A model generated the notes under the pieces. That model did no database searches, had not been told where the DNA came from, and saw nothing but the letters and a program-made list of their open reading frames with translations. This document shows positions 1 through 51,825 of a stretch of 64,000 bases of DNA, piece after piece. Source of the DNA: Chrysomallon squamiferum (lineage: Eukaryota; Animalia; Mollusca); NCBI GenBank assembly GCA_012295275.1, contig CM022672.1:35464001-35528000 (forward strand), given 5' to 3'. The position numbers and the translations under genes are program-made. Every line of letters starts with the position of its first letter. Position 1 is the first letter of the stretch.

Positions 1-238
1 AAGTTTTTTAACATAAAAAGTCAAAATTTCACTGTTCACTATTCTGAAATTGTAAAAGTTCAACAATTATTTAAATTTAAATTTTTTGATTTTTGCTTAA
101 AGCATTGCTTTTTGTTCATGTTAGCTGTTGTTGTTTGATGGTTTTTTAACTAAGAAATGAGATTTGTTTTATTTTTAAACACAAGTTTTCATTATTTAAC
201 TTTACCATTACAGCTTGTTAATGAACTGTTGTACTGAA

Positions 239-279
<41 letters not shown>

Positions 280-775
280 TATACATAAATACATACATAC
301 TATGTGTACACACATATGCATACATAATAATAACATGAAAAACAAAACATTTTACTGGTTATAGTAACTAATAATCATTTTTTTAAATGTTTGCATATTC
401 ATTAGCATTGTAGTAAGTAGCTTTACTGTTAGGTTTTAAAACAAAACCTGCTTTTCTTGAATAATTTATAGATTGCATTGATGCTTGCTTACTTATTATG
501 TGTACTAACTTTACAAAAAACTTTTTAATTATATGTAGTAATTAGGCACAAGTAATTTGTAGAATATTTAAACAAAACTAAACGTAAAACAATATGTGTT
601 TGAAATTAAAAGATTTTAAAAAATGTATTCATCAGCTTGTTCAAAAAGTAAATTTGAGTTAGTGGCAGATAGTGTTTATCTTGAATGTAAATATGACCAA
701 ATCAAAGAAAATTGTTAAAATAATATAACACATTTTGCTATGTGAACTTTCTTGACTTTTTATTCCTTATTAACT

Positions 776-822
<47 letters not shown>

Positions 823-1965
823 CTTTGCACATATATATTCTCACAGATCGAATTTTATCACAACTTCAGTTGTATAGTGTTTATAACCACACTGTTTTAA
901 CTAACAATTTGAATATAGTTACATTTGTATCTCATAATGTTTTAAATGATCAATTTTATTGTATTGTAATGTTTTAATTCTGACATTAAAATTCAATATT
1001 GTTAACCTTGCAATACTGCAGTGTTTTTTACTTTTTTTTACTTTTAATTTGTTATTAATGATATTTAAAGAGAGAGATTGAGTGAGTGAGTGAGTGAGTG
1101 AGTGAGCGAGTGTGTGTGTGTGTGTGTGTGTGGAGGTGTGTGTATCAATAAGTGTCAGCTCCAAGAGTTTTTGTTTTTCCTTTAGCGTGGTTATTGTCTA
1201 AGCTATTTCAGTTTACATAAAATGCGTTTTGGCTTTTGGCTGAATTAAGTGGGAATAATGTTCGTAATGTTGAGAAAGTATTGATCACAACAGAATAACC
1301 ATTCATATAAAATGTACTCAGTATATCATTACACAAAAAAATCCTTTACTTGAGATTGATGTTAGGTATCAGTTCAGAGTTACAAACTTTTCTCGTTTTT
1401 GTTAGTCCTTTTCGGATCAAATTGAATAAATCGGGCAGACTCGGGGCTATTCCGGAAACCTCCCGCCAAACGCGATTCTACGATTAGTTACTGTTTCCGA
1501 CTGCATTCGTGAAATTTGAACACGGCGCATTACGAACATATTCTGAGCCCATTAATGTCGATCGTCAACGAATCATATCAGTTTATTAAATTATTAAATA
1601 AAAAAAATGTATTTTTTTTTTTTTTTAAATATATTAAAATAGATCTAGAACACATTCAAAATGTTTCCAGAACTTGGTTGGTATTTATACGAAAATGGAC
1701 AGAATCTTTAACTTTAAAGTTTGAAATAAGACTTGGCCACCAAACTGTTTGGAACCACTGCATTAGCCCCATATAACATGCACCAGGTGAATACTGCACC
1801 ACGATTAAGTATAGTCTATAATTATATACACTGTACATACATAAATATATATATAAAAACATCTTTCTCTCTGCATGTATTAAATTTAATTTTAAATTAT
1901 TACTTACAATATTATTTCCAATTAAACGATTTATCAGCTAATTATATGCAAATAAACATTATATA

Positions 1966-2050
<85 letters not shown>

Positions 2051-2573
2051 CTACGCAAATTACTTTTAAATTAAGACTTACACGATTTTCTCTAATCAAT
2101 CACTCAGTTTATCAGTATATTATGTTCGCATTATATGCAACAGAATATTTATTGCCGTTTTTAAATGATTATTTATAGATCGTTAATTTAAATATGCTGT
2201 TTTCATTAACATAGTACTGATCCAGTGCAAAACGCTATTAGCCGTTTTTCTTCAGACGACGTTGAAGTAAATCGATTCCTTTTACTTCGTGTTTCGTGTA
2301 ATTAAATAGTTCTGTTGGTTGACAGTGCGTCGGCATTTTACACGGCCAGAATAAAGAGCGAAAGGAAATGGAAGTGAACACGAAATTACACATAATTATT
2401 TACATATGCAGAGCAGTTTCACTAGAAGATATATTTAGTTGTTGATATTAAGAATGAATGCTGCTGATCAAACAGCAAAATATGAAAAGATCGTCTGGAA
2501 AACTTAAATATTGGCGGTGTTTTCTTTCTTTCTTTCCTATATTTTTTCTTTCGTTTCATATTTAAATCCTTTT

Positions 2574-2605
<32 letters not shown>

Positions 2606-3675
2606 GTTTTTTATTATTATTATTTATGATTTGTTCTGCCTTTAATTGAAAATTTCTCTCTTTTGGAATTTTAACTAAATCTCTCTCTCTCTCTCTAAAA
2701 AATAAAAAAATAAAATAAAATAAAGGGTTAGGAGTTAGACACATAGACATCTTTTTCTTTTAACTCAGTCATTTGTATTCACATACATGCATAAACAAAT
2801 GAATTATGTGTTTTGATGTGATAGTATCAGAAGAAAACAACAGCACCGCATTATCGATAATCAAAGCTGCAATTAGTCTTAATCAGCAGCAGACCAACAT
2901 TACTTTTCTTTGGGGGGACTTGGGGGGAAGTGTTACGGGGGCCCTTGGAACGCAGCAACCAAATTTGGGAAACTGTTATCTTGTTCAGGGGCTTGTTTTG
3001 TAATATACTTCAAAAATTTAACCATGTTTCATATTTTGATTAAAAGTTTGAGTAAATTTTAAAGTATTTTGTGGGTCCCTCTTGAGGTTTAGAGTCCATG
3101 ACGCTTGAGAATCCCTAGTTTCTTGATAGATCTTCCCCTAGCCAATACAGAAATCAACATGTTTATAGTGGAATGTAATATGTGGAGCATTAGTTGGAAC
3201 GAGAAATCACTAACGTTACTCAAATGCCGATTCGGTGCATCTCGGGCGAATTTTATGGTTCGCTTTTTATACTTTTATTACCATTTTTCTTTTCTGCCTC
3301 GTATTTTTATTTTTCTATTTTTTTCCTCTGCAAACATAAATCTTATAGATTGTGTTCAGTAGAAAATTTGCGTTCTCTGTTAAATGCTGTTTCTGTCGAG
3401 TGTAATGAGCGACTAAGAAAGAAGGAATTAAAAGGAAATCCATAAACTGTCTTCTAACATCGAATTACCAGATAACCGATTCACGCGACGTCCTGAATTG
3501 CAATCTCGTTACTCGGTTAGCCCGTCGTAAAATCTTTCTCTCCATCTACGGAAATCCATCTTCCGTCAAAGCATGTATCCACTTCACTACATAAAAAAAG
3601 ATTTCTAATTTTTTTTTTTCCCCTTTTTTGAATAGTTTTATTTCAATGGATCGGTTTTTTCTTTTTCTTTTCTTT

Positions 3676-3706
<31 letters not shown>

Positions 3707-3876
3707 CGAGAATGAAAAATCGTCTGCAGATAAAGAATTTCGATCCACGCTAATCTTTCTGAAATCGTAAATTTTCAAAATAGTTTATTGTCAGTTCTGT
3801 AGCTCAAAAGCAACCAAACATAAAATGTCTCAATAATCGATGTATTTCATCATTATCATCATCATGATCATCATCA

Positions 3877-3918
<42 letters not shown>

Positions 3919-4110
3919 TATTATTATTATTATTATAAAATTATACGTTCAGCGATTAAATATAAATTGTAGATATCTAGAACAACGTTTCTGACTAATA
4001 ATCGAGCAAAACTGTTTAACAATGAAAGGACTAACAGCTACATACGTGTGTTTAGAAATTTAGTTATGAAGGATTTAACATTATTTTTTTGTTTAAGAAT
4101 TAATTACTGT

Positions 4111-4145
<35 letters not shown>

Positions 4146-4335
4146 TTATTTTTATTATTATTTTTACATTATTTTTTTATTTTTTATTTATTTTGTATTT
4201 TTTTGTTCTTTATTGTTTGTTGTTGTTGTTTATTTTTGTTGACTGTTTTATTAATTGTTATGTAGTTTGACCATAGTAAGAAGTGCTGGATGAAGAAAAG
4301 ACATATTTTGTTTTAAAGCCAACCATCTAAAATAA

Positions 4336-4378
<43 letters not shown>

Positions 4379-4554
4379 AGTTCAGTGTAGGAAAGGATCT
4401 TTTATTTATTTAATTTATTATTATTATTATTATTATTTTATTTATTTATTTATTTATTTTTTTATTTATTTTTTTTTAATTTGATCTGATAACGTATTAG
4501 ATTATTTCAATTCGCGGCGAACAAGTGAAAATCTGAAATTAAATAACAATAATA

Positions 4555-4592
<38 letters not shown>

Positions 4593-4953
4593 TAGTGTAG
4601 AATAGCTTTTTCGAAAGCAAGAAATCTGAAATTTACTTTTTGATATTATTTTATTTCTCTTTTCATAAAATAATTAATTTTAACGTCACTGCTCAAAAAA
4701 CATCTCACAACTTTAAAAATATGTCGCAAGTATCAAGTATTTATGAGTATGAGTATGTATGTGTGTGTGTGTATAATGTGTGTATGTAGATAAGTGTGTG
4801 TGTTTCTGTGACGTCTGTGTGTATGAGTCTGTGTATGTATGTAAATACATATAAACACAGATGCATAAATCATTTTTAACCGTATTTTTTTAAATTTAAA
4901 ATAAATCGAGAGATTTATCTGCATTCATTTATACATCCGCTAAGCGAAATTCA

Positions 4954-4988
<35 letters not shown>

Positions 4989-5039
4989 CTTGTTTGAATA
5001 AAATTAAATTACCTCGCTTCATTTAAAATTGCTTTCTAA

Positions 5040-5370
5040 GATCTGCGCGCCAGTCTGAAAGTGATCGTCTGCTTCGCAAGTGGAAATTTTTTTAATCTTT
5101 ATGCAAATCTTCATGTCCTAGACCAGACTGTTTCGATAAACGCGCGGCAAGGAACAGGACCCAAACACAAAAATAAACAAACGAAATATTAATCTAGCTT
5201 ATTTTCATCATGAAATTAGGCGTGTCATTCAGAAAAAACCCGCGGGCTGTCGGAATATCTCCGTAAATTTACGAGACTAACGATGATCTCCGAACCTCGT
5301 TATAACATACACTGTCTTGTCACAGCATATAAAAATATGCATTAAAATATTACGCTACGTCATCGGAAGT
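5040..5370 (+). promoter_or_regulatory. Candidate CCN promoter
   Basis: CpG-rich stretch, TATAAAAA at ~5328, SMAD-like AGAC/CAGAC at ~5140 and half-CRE TACGTCA at ~5356; inference only. Confidence 0.35.
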
Positions 5371-5942
5371 TATTTTTGTGCTACTTTAGAAATCTGTAAA
5401 TGTTTATTGATTCTGCTGTACCGTTTACATGTTTACATGCACTAGCATTATTCTCACGTAAATAGAGGGGGAAAAAAGTACTACTGTCTTTCATTAAAAA
5501 TGCTGGAACGGGAAAATAATCTAAGGCGTTCTGGAATGACTGATCATCTGAGGACCTGGCACCAAGCGATTTAAAAGTGTTAGGACAGTTTGGGGTGTGG
5601 CTTATCAGGACTCACCCGTCTTCGGGATTTGTTTCTTTCGCTGGAGACATTGATCGTCAGGGTTCACGAGGATACAGAAACGTCGGAGTATTGAGCGGTC
5701 TATTGAAATCATGGATTCGATAAACATCAAGTCGAGAATCTCCTGCGCGTCCACGTTTGAAAAGACAAACATCTTCAACTGCAGCAGCATGAGCTGAAGA
5801 GGATTATAAACAAATGAACGCTTCAGAATCATTCACTTACTGAAACAATTGGTTTAGCGCTATGTTTGAACTACCACTAACCAACTCAGTCTCGCTCTAA
5901 CCTCTTAAACAATTACTGCGCAGACGAGGTATTTTCACAGAT

Positions 5943-13358
<7,416 letters not shown>

Positions 13359-13416
13359 ACAAAAAAATGATTATGTGCCAGAAGCAATTAAAGACTTGAT
13401 GAGAAAAAAATGAAAG

Positions 13417-13450
<34 letters not shown>

Positions 13451-13880
13451 ATGTATGTATGTACATATGTATGTGTAAATATGGACTTTAGAAAATATAT
13501 ACCTGAAAATTAATAAAGAATGAATCTGTTTGTTTGGACTATTACAGTAAACAACTGAAAAACATCAGTAAAGATATATGTGTGTATATATATATAAATA
13601 TATAGGCTCAATATGATACACTAGAAAACATAAATAGAAATATCTCTGTGTTTATGTGGACTGTAGACTATTCAGCTTAATAAATAAATATAGGTACAAG
13701 TATCTATGTGTAAATTTTCAGACTATTTATTATACACCTGAATAATTATCTGTTTTAACATTTTATAATGTACATAGCATAAAAATAAATGTGGTATTTA
13801 TGTAAAAAGGCCTGCAGAAAAAAAATATAAATATAAATATAAATATGTAATAAATAGACATAAATAGATGTATGTATGCA

Positions 13881-13911
<31 letters not shown>

Positions 13912-14101
13912 AAGATACATGCACATTTGCACACACACACACACACACATGTTTGTATGTATGTATATGCATGTGTGTGTGTATGTGTGTGTATGTGTGT
14001 ATGTATGTATATGCATGTGTGTGTGTGTGTACAGAAGAGTTATGTGTGTGTGTGTGTGTATGTATATGCATGTGTGTATGTGTGTGTAGAAGAGTTATGT
14101 T

Positions 14102-14156
<55 letters not shown>

Positions 14157-14871
14157 ATATGCATGTGTGTGTGTATGTGTGTGTGTGTACACTAGAAGAT
14201 AGCTGGTATAAGAAGCATGTTTAATGGATCAGTGGAACTGAGGAGAATGTAGATTTTGGTTTATGATAATCGTATTACTTATTTCATGTCAGGTGATTTT
14301 GACAAATGTAAGAAAAGTCAAAGTTTGGGTCACAACTGTAAAAGAGTTGTTTCCCCTAGCTACAAAATAGAAATAGAAGTGTGTGTGTGTGTGTGTGAAA
14401 ACTACAAAAGAAAATAAAGTGTTATCTTAGTGTACAATACTAGATAATGAATTACGATGACAATGTGTTAGGGAAAAAGTGATTTAAGGACTGATAAACA
14501 AGGAATTATAAGGAAGGTTCATAGTATAATTCAAAAGTTAACAAATAATTCAAAAACCTCTGTCATTTTGTACTTCTATTCAGTATATGTTTGTAAATAG
14601 AATTTCCAAATACATAAGTAATATTAGAATTATTTCACTCTGTTCACCTATTTTAAGCTAAAGTTTGTTCCTGATTCTGAACCTTTCATAGCCATTTCTT
14701 GAGAAGCAGAAAAAGTCTTTAAATAGTTTTTTAATGTCAGGTTTTGCAGTACATTTATTTTATAACTCAGTGTAGACACATGTATTATAAAGATCACAAA
14801 ATTATAAGTAATTAAATCACTAATTGATTTACTAAATCTACACCTTCCCATAGGCTGCAAAATGTTTACTA

Positions 14872-15165
14872 CAGGTTCAGGATCCTTTATAGAAAATTGT
14901 GAAACCTATAAAATAAAAATATTTCTCAGTTACTGCAAAGTTTTCATCCATGCAAACTTCATTTTTAGCAAAACATAATTAAAAAAAATTATATTTAAAA
15001 ATCTTTTAGACTCTTTGTATAATCTGTATATGAAACGTAAATGGAATTCCTGTTTAGACTTTGATCCTATTCTTACACAATCTACTAAAATTCCAAAATA
15101 CAAAAACATTCCAAACTTAGAAAACCTTCTGGTACAAGAATTTTGCATAAAGGATTCTCAACCTA
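14872..15165. mobile_element. Non-autonomous Tc1/mariner-pogo (Tigger4/MER46-like) MITE, 294 bp
   Basis: Imperfect TIRs CAGGTTCAGGATCCTTTATAGAAAATT and reverse complement TAGGTTGAGAATCCTTTATGCAAAATT, flanked by TA on both sides; the end resembles Tigger4-type termini (from memory, not a database search). Confidence 0.75.
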
Positions 15166-15421
15166 TACAAAGAAACACTAGTTTGTAAAAGAATAAGTTT
15201 TATTTTTTTGTGTATAAGTCTCAGAAACACTAGTTTTTTTTTTTTTATTTTTTTTTTGTAACTGTTATTATTTATCAATAAAAATTAAGACGCATTTGTA
15301 AAGTGTTTTATTTTATTAATGACTTTGTAAATCTTTGCCTTTTTTTTTGTCTTTGAATATTTTCTTTTTTTAAATTTATTGTGTCTTTGTAATTAAAATT
15401 ATTTGCCACCATTCAAAGTAT

Positions 15422-15460
<39 letters not shown>

Positions 15461-15711
15461 TTTGTTTATTTATTTATTTATTTACAAAATGTTTAACTCT
15501 TTATTTTCACATATTCAATTCAAGTGTTGACTTTTATTTTTTATATATTTTTTTTTATTTTCTTGCAAAACTGAATATCATGATAGATTATAAAATTTAT
15601 TTTATTTATTGCTACAGTGATATCAGTCATGGACATAGTTTTATATCCAACTGTAATAGAGTTGTTTCCCCTAGCTACAAAATATAGATAGAGAGATAGA
15701 TATAGATGTAT

Positions 15712-15749
<38 letters not shown>

Positions 15750-17361
15750 ATGAAAACTGTAACAGAAAATAAAGTGTTATCTTATGGTATATCTATGATA
15801 GCACAATAATAATAATATTAAGGTGGTATTAATTTTTTTTAAGCAGTATATTCTTGTACTGACCTCCTAATTATAAAGAATTATAATGTGTAAGAACAGT
15901 CTTCAGTAAACAAAAAATAAAATCTTAAAAATACAAAAACTAATATTAAATCTTGAATGAGAAAAGAAACACAGATAGCTGACATAAGGAACATATTTTA
16001 TGGATCAGTGGAATTCACCTGAATATTCACTTTCTGTCAATTTATGATAATATTCTTGTTTCGTTTTCTCTTGTCAGTTTATATAAACTGTAATAGAGTT
16101 ATTTCCCCTAGTTATGAATGTGTTTTTTAGATCTATCTTTATGTAGGTTGAAATACTTCATTCACATCTAAGAAAATATTTGTCTTACTAATACTATTGT
16201 TGTTGTAGTTGTTGTTATTATGATTATTATTGTTATTATTATTATAATTAATATTATACTATTATTATTATTAATTTTCTATTTACATAATTTACAAATT
16301 GGTCATGTGTTCAGTTTTATTTGTAAAATTTATTTTTAACATGTTTTAGTTAAAATGTTTACTTCATACTTTAGCTAAAACATATAAAATTTAATAATAA
16401 AGTAATAATAATATTTATTTATTTTTCTGTTTGAGAGAAAGAGATACTGTATATGTGAAAATAAGACAAACACACACAAAGGACAAAGTGTAATGATCAC
16501 AAATATAACATCTGTAAAGACTTGAGTGTTTAACAGCAAGTTGTCTGAACTGGGCAGACAGTCAGTGATTTCACTTAGCTGTTAGAACAATCTTTAAAAT
16601 GTGTCCCATTAACCAAAGACAATCATCAGTTTCTGTGAATCACACAAAACTTCTGTCTCTTGTCATTTTGTGAGAAACCAGGAAATAGCACTTTCTTAGT
16701 ATAAAAGAAAAAACAACAAAACAAACAAACAAAAAACAGACATTAAAAAAGACAAAAATCATATTAAAAAAAGCAATTTATTTTATTTGATTCAACAGAC
16801 CATAAATATTAATAACAAACTAATATTACAATGCACAGTAAACTGTAATATTATTACCATATTAATATTACAGTACAGTATTAACAATAATAATATTAAT
16901 AACAAGTAGTAATAGTACTGCAATTCAGGAAACAAAATAGCTGTCATATTATTATTATTATAGTATTACTATTACTGTTATTATTATTTTTATGATTATT
17001 ATTATTAAACCACAGTAATATTATAATAACAATAAAAAAAACCATTAAGAAATATTTCTTTTCATAAAATATTACAGTATACTGTACAAATATATTTACA
17101 AAAAATTTGTTTTTCTTTAAACTGAATCAGTTTTCACTCAAAATAATCTTTACAACATTTATTTTGTTTCTTTAATTCCAAAAAGGAAACGTCAGATACT
17201 GGTTTTTGTTGTTAATGAAGATTAATATTTTTAAACTGTTTGAAAAATATCTTATTTAAAATCTTTATATACACACACTCACATACACACATATATGTAT
17301 ATGTATATTTATGTATGTATGTGTTTGTATATATATATATATATATAATGAAGGACACAAA

Positions 17362-17413
<52 letters not shown>

Positions 17414-19511
17414 TATATATAAATTCTCCACCAACTCTGGTTATTTTTTTGAAAAATGAATGAGAAATATAAATAGTCTTAAAAATCAAAATAAGATTTT
17501 AAAAAGATTTTTACCTTTATATAAAACCAGCCCAGCCATATATCAATGTTATCCATACATAGATACCCCAAAACTCACATTAATAACAAACATGTTAACA
17601 ATATTTCACAATTAGATACAGGTATAAAAATATACACAACAGTGATAAGAATGTTACAAAATTAATAAATAATTCAATAATAGATACACGTGCTATTGCA
17701 AAATTTTATATACCTTGTGGGTTTTAATCAATTTAATTACAACAAAGTCAGTTAGAATATAATATCACAAAACTGATTTAAAAAAAATATATCAGGATTT
17801 ATAGTAATATCACAAAATTGATAACAAATGATAATGTGTTGAATCTACAAAAGTTGTATTTTAAAAAAACATTTGTTTTAGATATTTGTAACATTTTTTG
17901 AAAACGCTGTAAAAATGTTTTGACAAAGTAGAAGATATTCTTTAGACAAAAATTTTAATTAAGAAATTAGATTAAATTTATATCTAAGAAACAATTTTTA
18001 AAATGTGTCTAAACATAATCAACCATGTTACTGAACATTTTGATTTTAATGTTTGAAACAAACTTTTTTTTTTTTTTTTTTTTTTTTTGTTGTTGTTTTG
18101 TTTTGCTCTTTAAACTGTAAATAACTTCACAATATTAATTAACTTAGCTAAGTAGATCTGGCATGATGATGGAAGGAATGATAGATGATGTTAAAAATAA
18201 TGATTATATTAAAATAATAATGATATTTAATTTACAAATGTGTGTTAAAAGTCATCCAGTTATATATCAATTAAGACATACTCACCACACCCACAAACAC
18301 ACCCAGAAATCCACACCCACCAGCAGACACAAACACACACAACAAAAATCATTCCAATATTTATCAATATTTATGGAATGAATAAAAATGTAAACAAACA
18401 ATATACATAAATATGGCCGTATTGCAAATACATCACAGCAGTTAAAACTCTGGTCATATTGCCATAATATTATCATATTATCATGTTATCTTATTAGTCA
18501 TTGTATTATCATATATCATATTAGTTATAGTATTAGTCATATTATCCAATATCATATAAGTATTATATAAGTATTATATATTATCATAGTATATATAATT
18601 TCAAATCTGCTAACATGAATGGTCAGTGTGTCTAGTGATCTGTGTGTCTGGTGATCTGTATGTGAGGATACTGAGACAGGTCTGTGCTATTATTAGATCA
18701 ATATGGCAGCTGCCTTGGCTTGCAGACTGGGTTCATTCTGACCTTTAAGGGTCACAGTTTAATAAAAATTATTTGTTTAAAAACAAAACAAACTAAACAA
18801 ACACCGGTAACAGATAACTGGGATAGTGAAGCAGTTATGAAATAACAATGAACTGTTTTATAATCAGTTTACTAATTTCAGCATTATCTATCTGTTGATC
18901 TATCCATCTATCTGGTTAATCCAATTATCAGAAATATTCAAATTTTTTAGACAATTAAAACAACAAACAAAAGGAGTTTAATTTTTTTCACTTGTCAAAT
19001 ACACATTTTCTGGTTATGATACAAAGTGACTTAAACAAAATTGTTAAATGTAATTTTTTGATTAGAACTCAGATAGTTAAAACTTCACTGTTGAGATGGG
19101 AATCACTGTCTAACTGTGATACAAGTATTTATATCAGCTGATGAAAATGTGACTGACATACTGAAGTTTTTAAATAAGGTTACTATAGTTACAGTGGAAG
19201 TCTTTATAGAGATAAGGGGAAAAAAAAGTTGGTAGTTAAAGGGTTAAAACATTAAAAGAGTCAAACGTAATAAAAATGAGCACTGGATAATTAATAAATA
19301 GATATTTGAATGCACTGGTCACAAATCAGATATATATATATATATATCACAAACATGTTTTTTGTTTAAATGTTTAAATCACAAACACTCATCATAAATA
19401 CAGCAGTGTATCATTTTAAATCCAGGTTAAAATTTGTCTTTTTTAATTTTAGATTTTAATTCTTTTTTGTTCTTTCATTTCTTTTCTTTTCTTTCTTTCT
19501 TTGTCTTTTTT

Positions 19512-50058
<30,547 letters not shown>

Positions 50059-50159
50059 AGTTCAACCTCTTAGTTATCCACTGTATCTCTGTTCTCTATC
50101 CACTGTGTCTATCCACTGTGTCTCTATCCACTGTGTCTCTATCCACTGTGTCTCTTTTC

Positions 50160-50310
50160 AGTGAACCTCTCTGATGACAGTAATAAAACTTTGAACAAAA
50201 ACACAAACCTGCGGCCGCCAATGATCACTCGGCAGCAAATAACAGATGTGTGGCATCGATCTGTGAACGCTGAGTACAGCTTATAACGCAATCATTTCAT
50301 TCACCGGCTC
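50160..50310 (-). promoter_or_regulatory. Candidate SLC44A proximal promoter
   Basis: CpG-containing unique sequence 100-250 bp upstream of the ATG with GCGGCCGCCAAT (CCAAT box); TSS unknown. Confidence 0.4.
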
Positions 50311-50587
50311 CTTGTGTGTTGTAATTGCATGTAGGTATGTATGTATGTATATGTGTGCATATGTATTTTTATACACGTAAATATATAACATTTTATATAC
50401 GTGTGTGTGTGTGTGTGTGTGTGTTTCAGATGTACATATATATATGTGCATGTGTGCGTGAGTGTATGTTTTTATGCATTTTTGTATGTACGAATATATA
50501 CATGTTTATTATGTATTTATGTATATGTATGTAGAATTTTAAACGTATGGGTTTAATTTATATTAATAAAGAATATACATATAAAAT

Positions 50588-50644
<57 letters not shown>

Positions 50645-50974
50645 CACCGACAAAGATCAAAGGGAAATGTTATCGTATTTCTGCCAGTTTGTAACGAAGT
50701 GGTCCGCCCCATTTCAGAATTCTGGATCCGGCCCGCACCGAGTTATAATAACTGAGGAATTTAAATCACAGCTGGTGTGCTAGACAAACAGGTAATGCTG
50801 ATCTGTGCTGTATGTTGTATGAATGCACTGAATTAAACAGTGGCAACAGTTTTAATATTCAGCAAAAAATATAAAATAGCGAAACCAAAACATAAATAAA
50901 TAAATGAATAAATAAATAAATGAAAAATAAACAAGAAAAAAATAAATATATATATACTATTGCTGCTGCTGCTG

Positions 50975-51028
<54 letters not shown>

Positions 51029-51593
51029 TTTCTACTACTACTTTTAGTAATAATAATAATAATTATTATTATTATTATCATTATTATTATTATTAGAACA
51101 ATATAAAAAATAACAGTAATAATGATGATGATAGCCAAAAATGCAAACATCAAAGAAAAACACGAAAATTAATTAATTTTGGTAGGGTTTTAGATATGTT
51201 CATAAATTTATTATTGAAAAAAGTATCAGTGAATGTATTGTTAAAATATTTCGGCTTTGTAAACTTGGAAAAAGCTTCAGAAAAATACAGTTTTCCTGTT
51301 TATAGATTTCAAATAGAAATTATTAAAAAAAAAAAAAAAAAGAAAGAAAGAAAAAGAAAAACAATAATAAAACAATAATAATAAATAAATGAAAAGAAAA
51401 TAAACTGAGTTTAAATGCATTAATTTATTTTTTTATCTAATCTAACTAATAGTCATTAAAAAATGTGTCTGATAAAAATCCCAGTTTTGTTGAATCAAAC
51501 ACACACACAACCCACACACGTACAATGTGTTTGACACACACACGTACCCACACACGGGTATACACCCACACACGCACACACACACACACACGG

Positions 51594-51659
<66 letters not shown>

Positions 51660-51825
51660 CCACACACGTACTCACACAGACACACACACACACGTACTCA
51701 CACAGACACACACACGCACGCACACACACACACATGATTCTGACATAATAATGTCAGAGATAATATATATATTCATAATATGAATATATAAATTATCCCT
51801 GACATTATTATTTATTTATTTTATA

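Noticed and set aside
50715-50740. TTCTGGATCCGGCCC, resembling a MITE terminus (similar G-rich decayed pieces at ~2910-3140 and ~11020-11345)
   Set aside because: No matching opposite terminus or target-site duplication could be identified.
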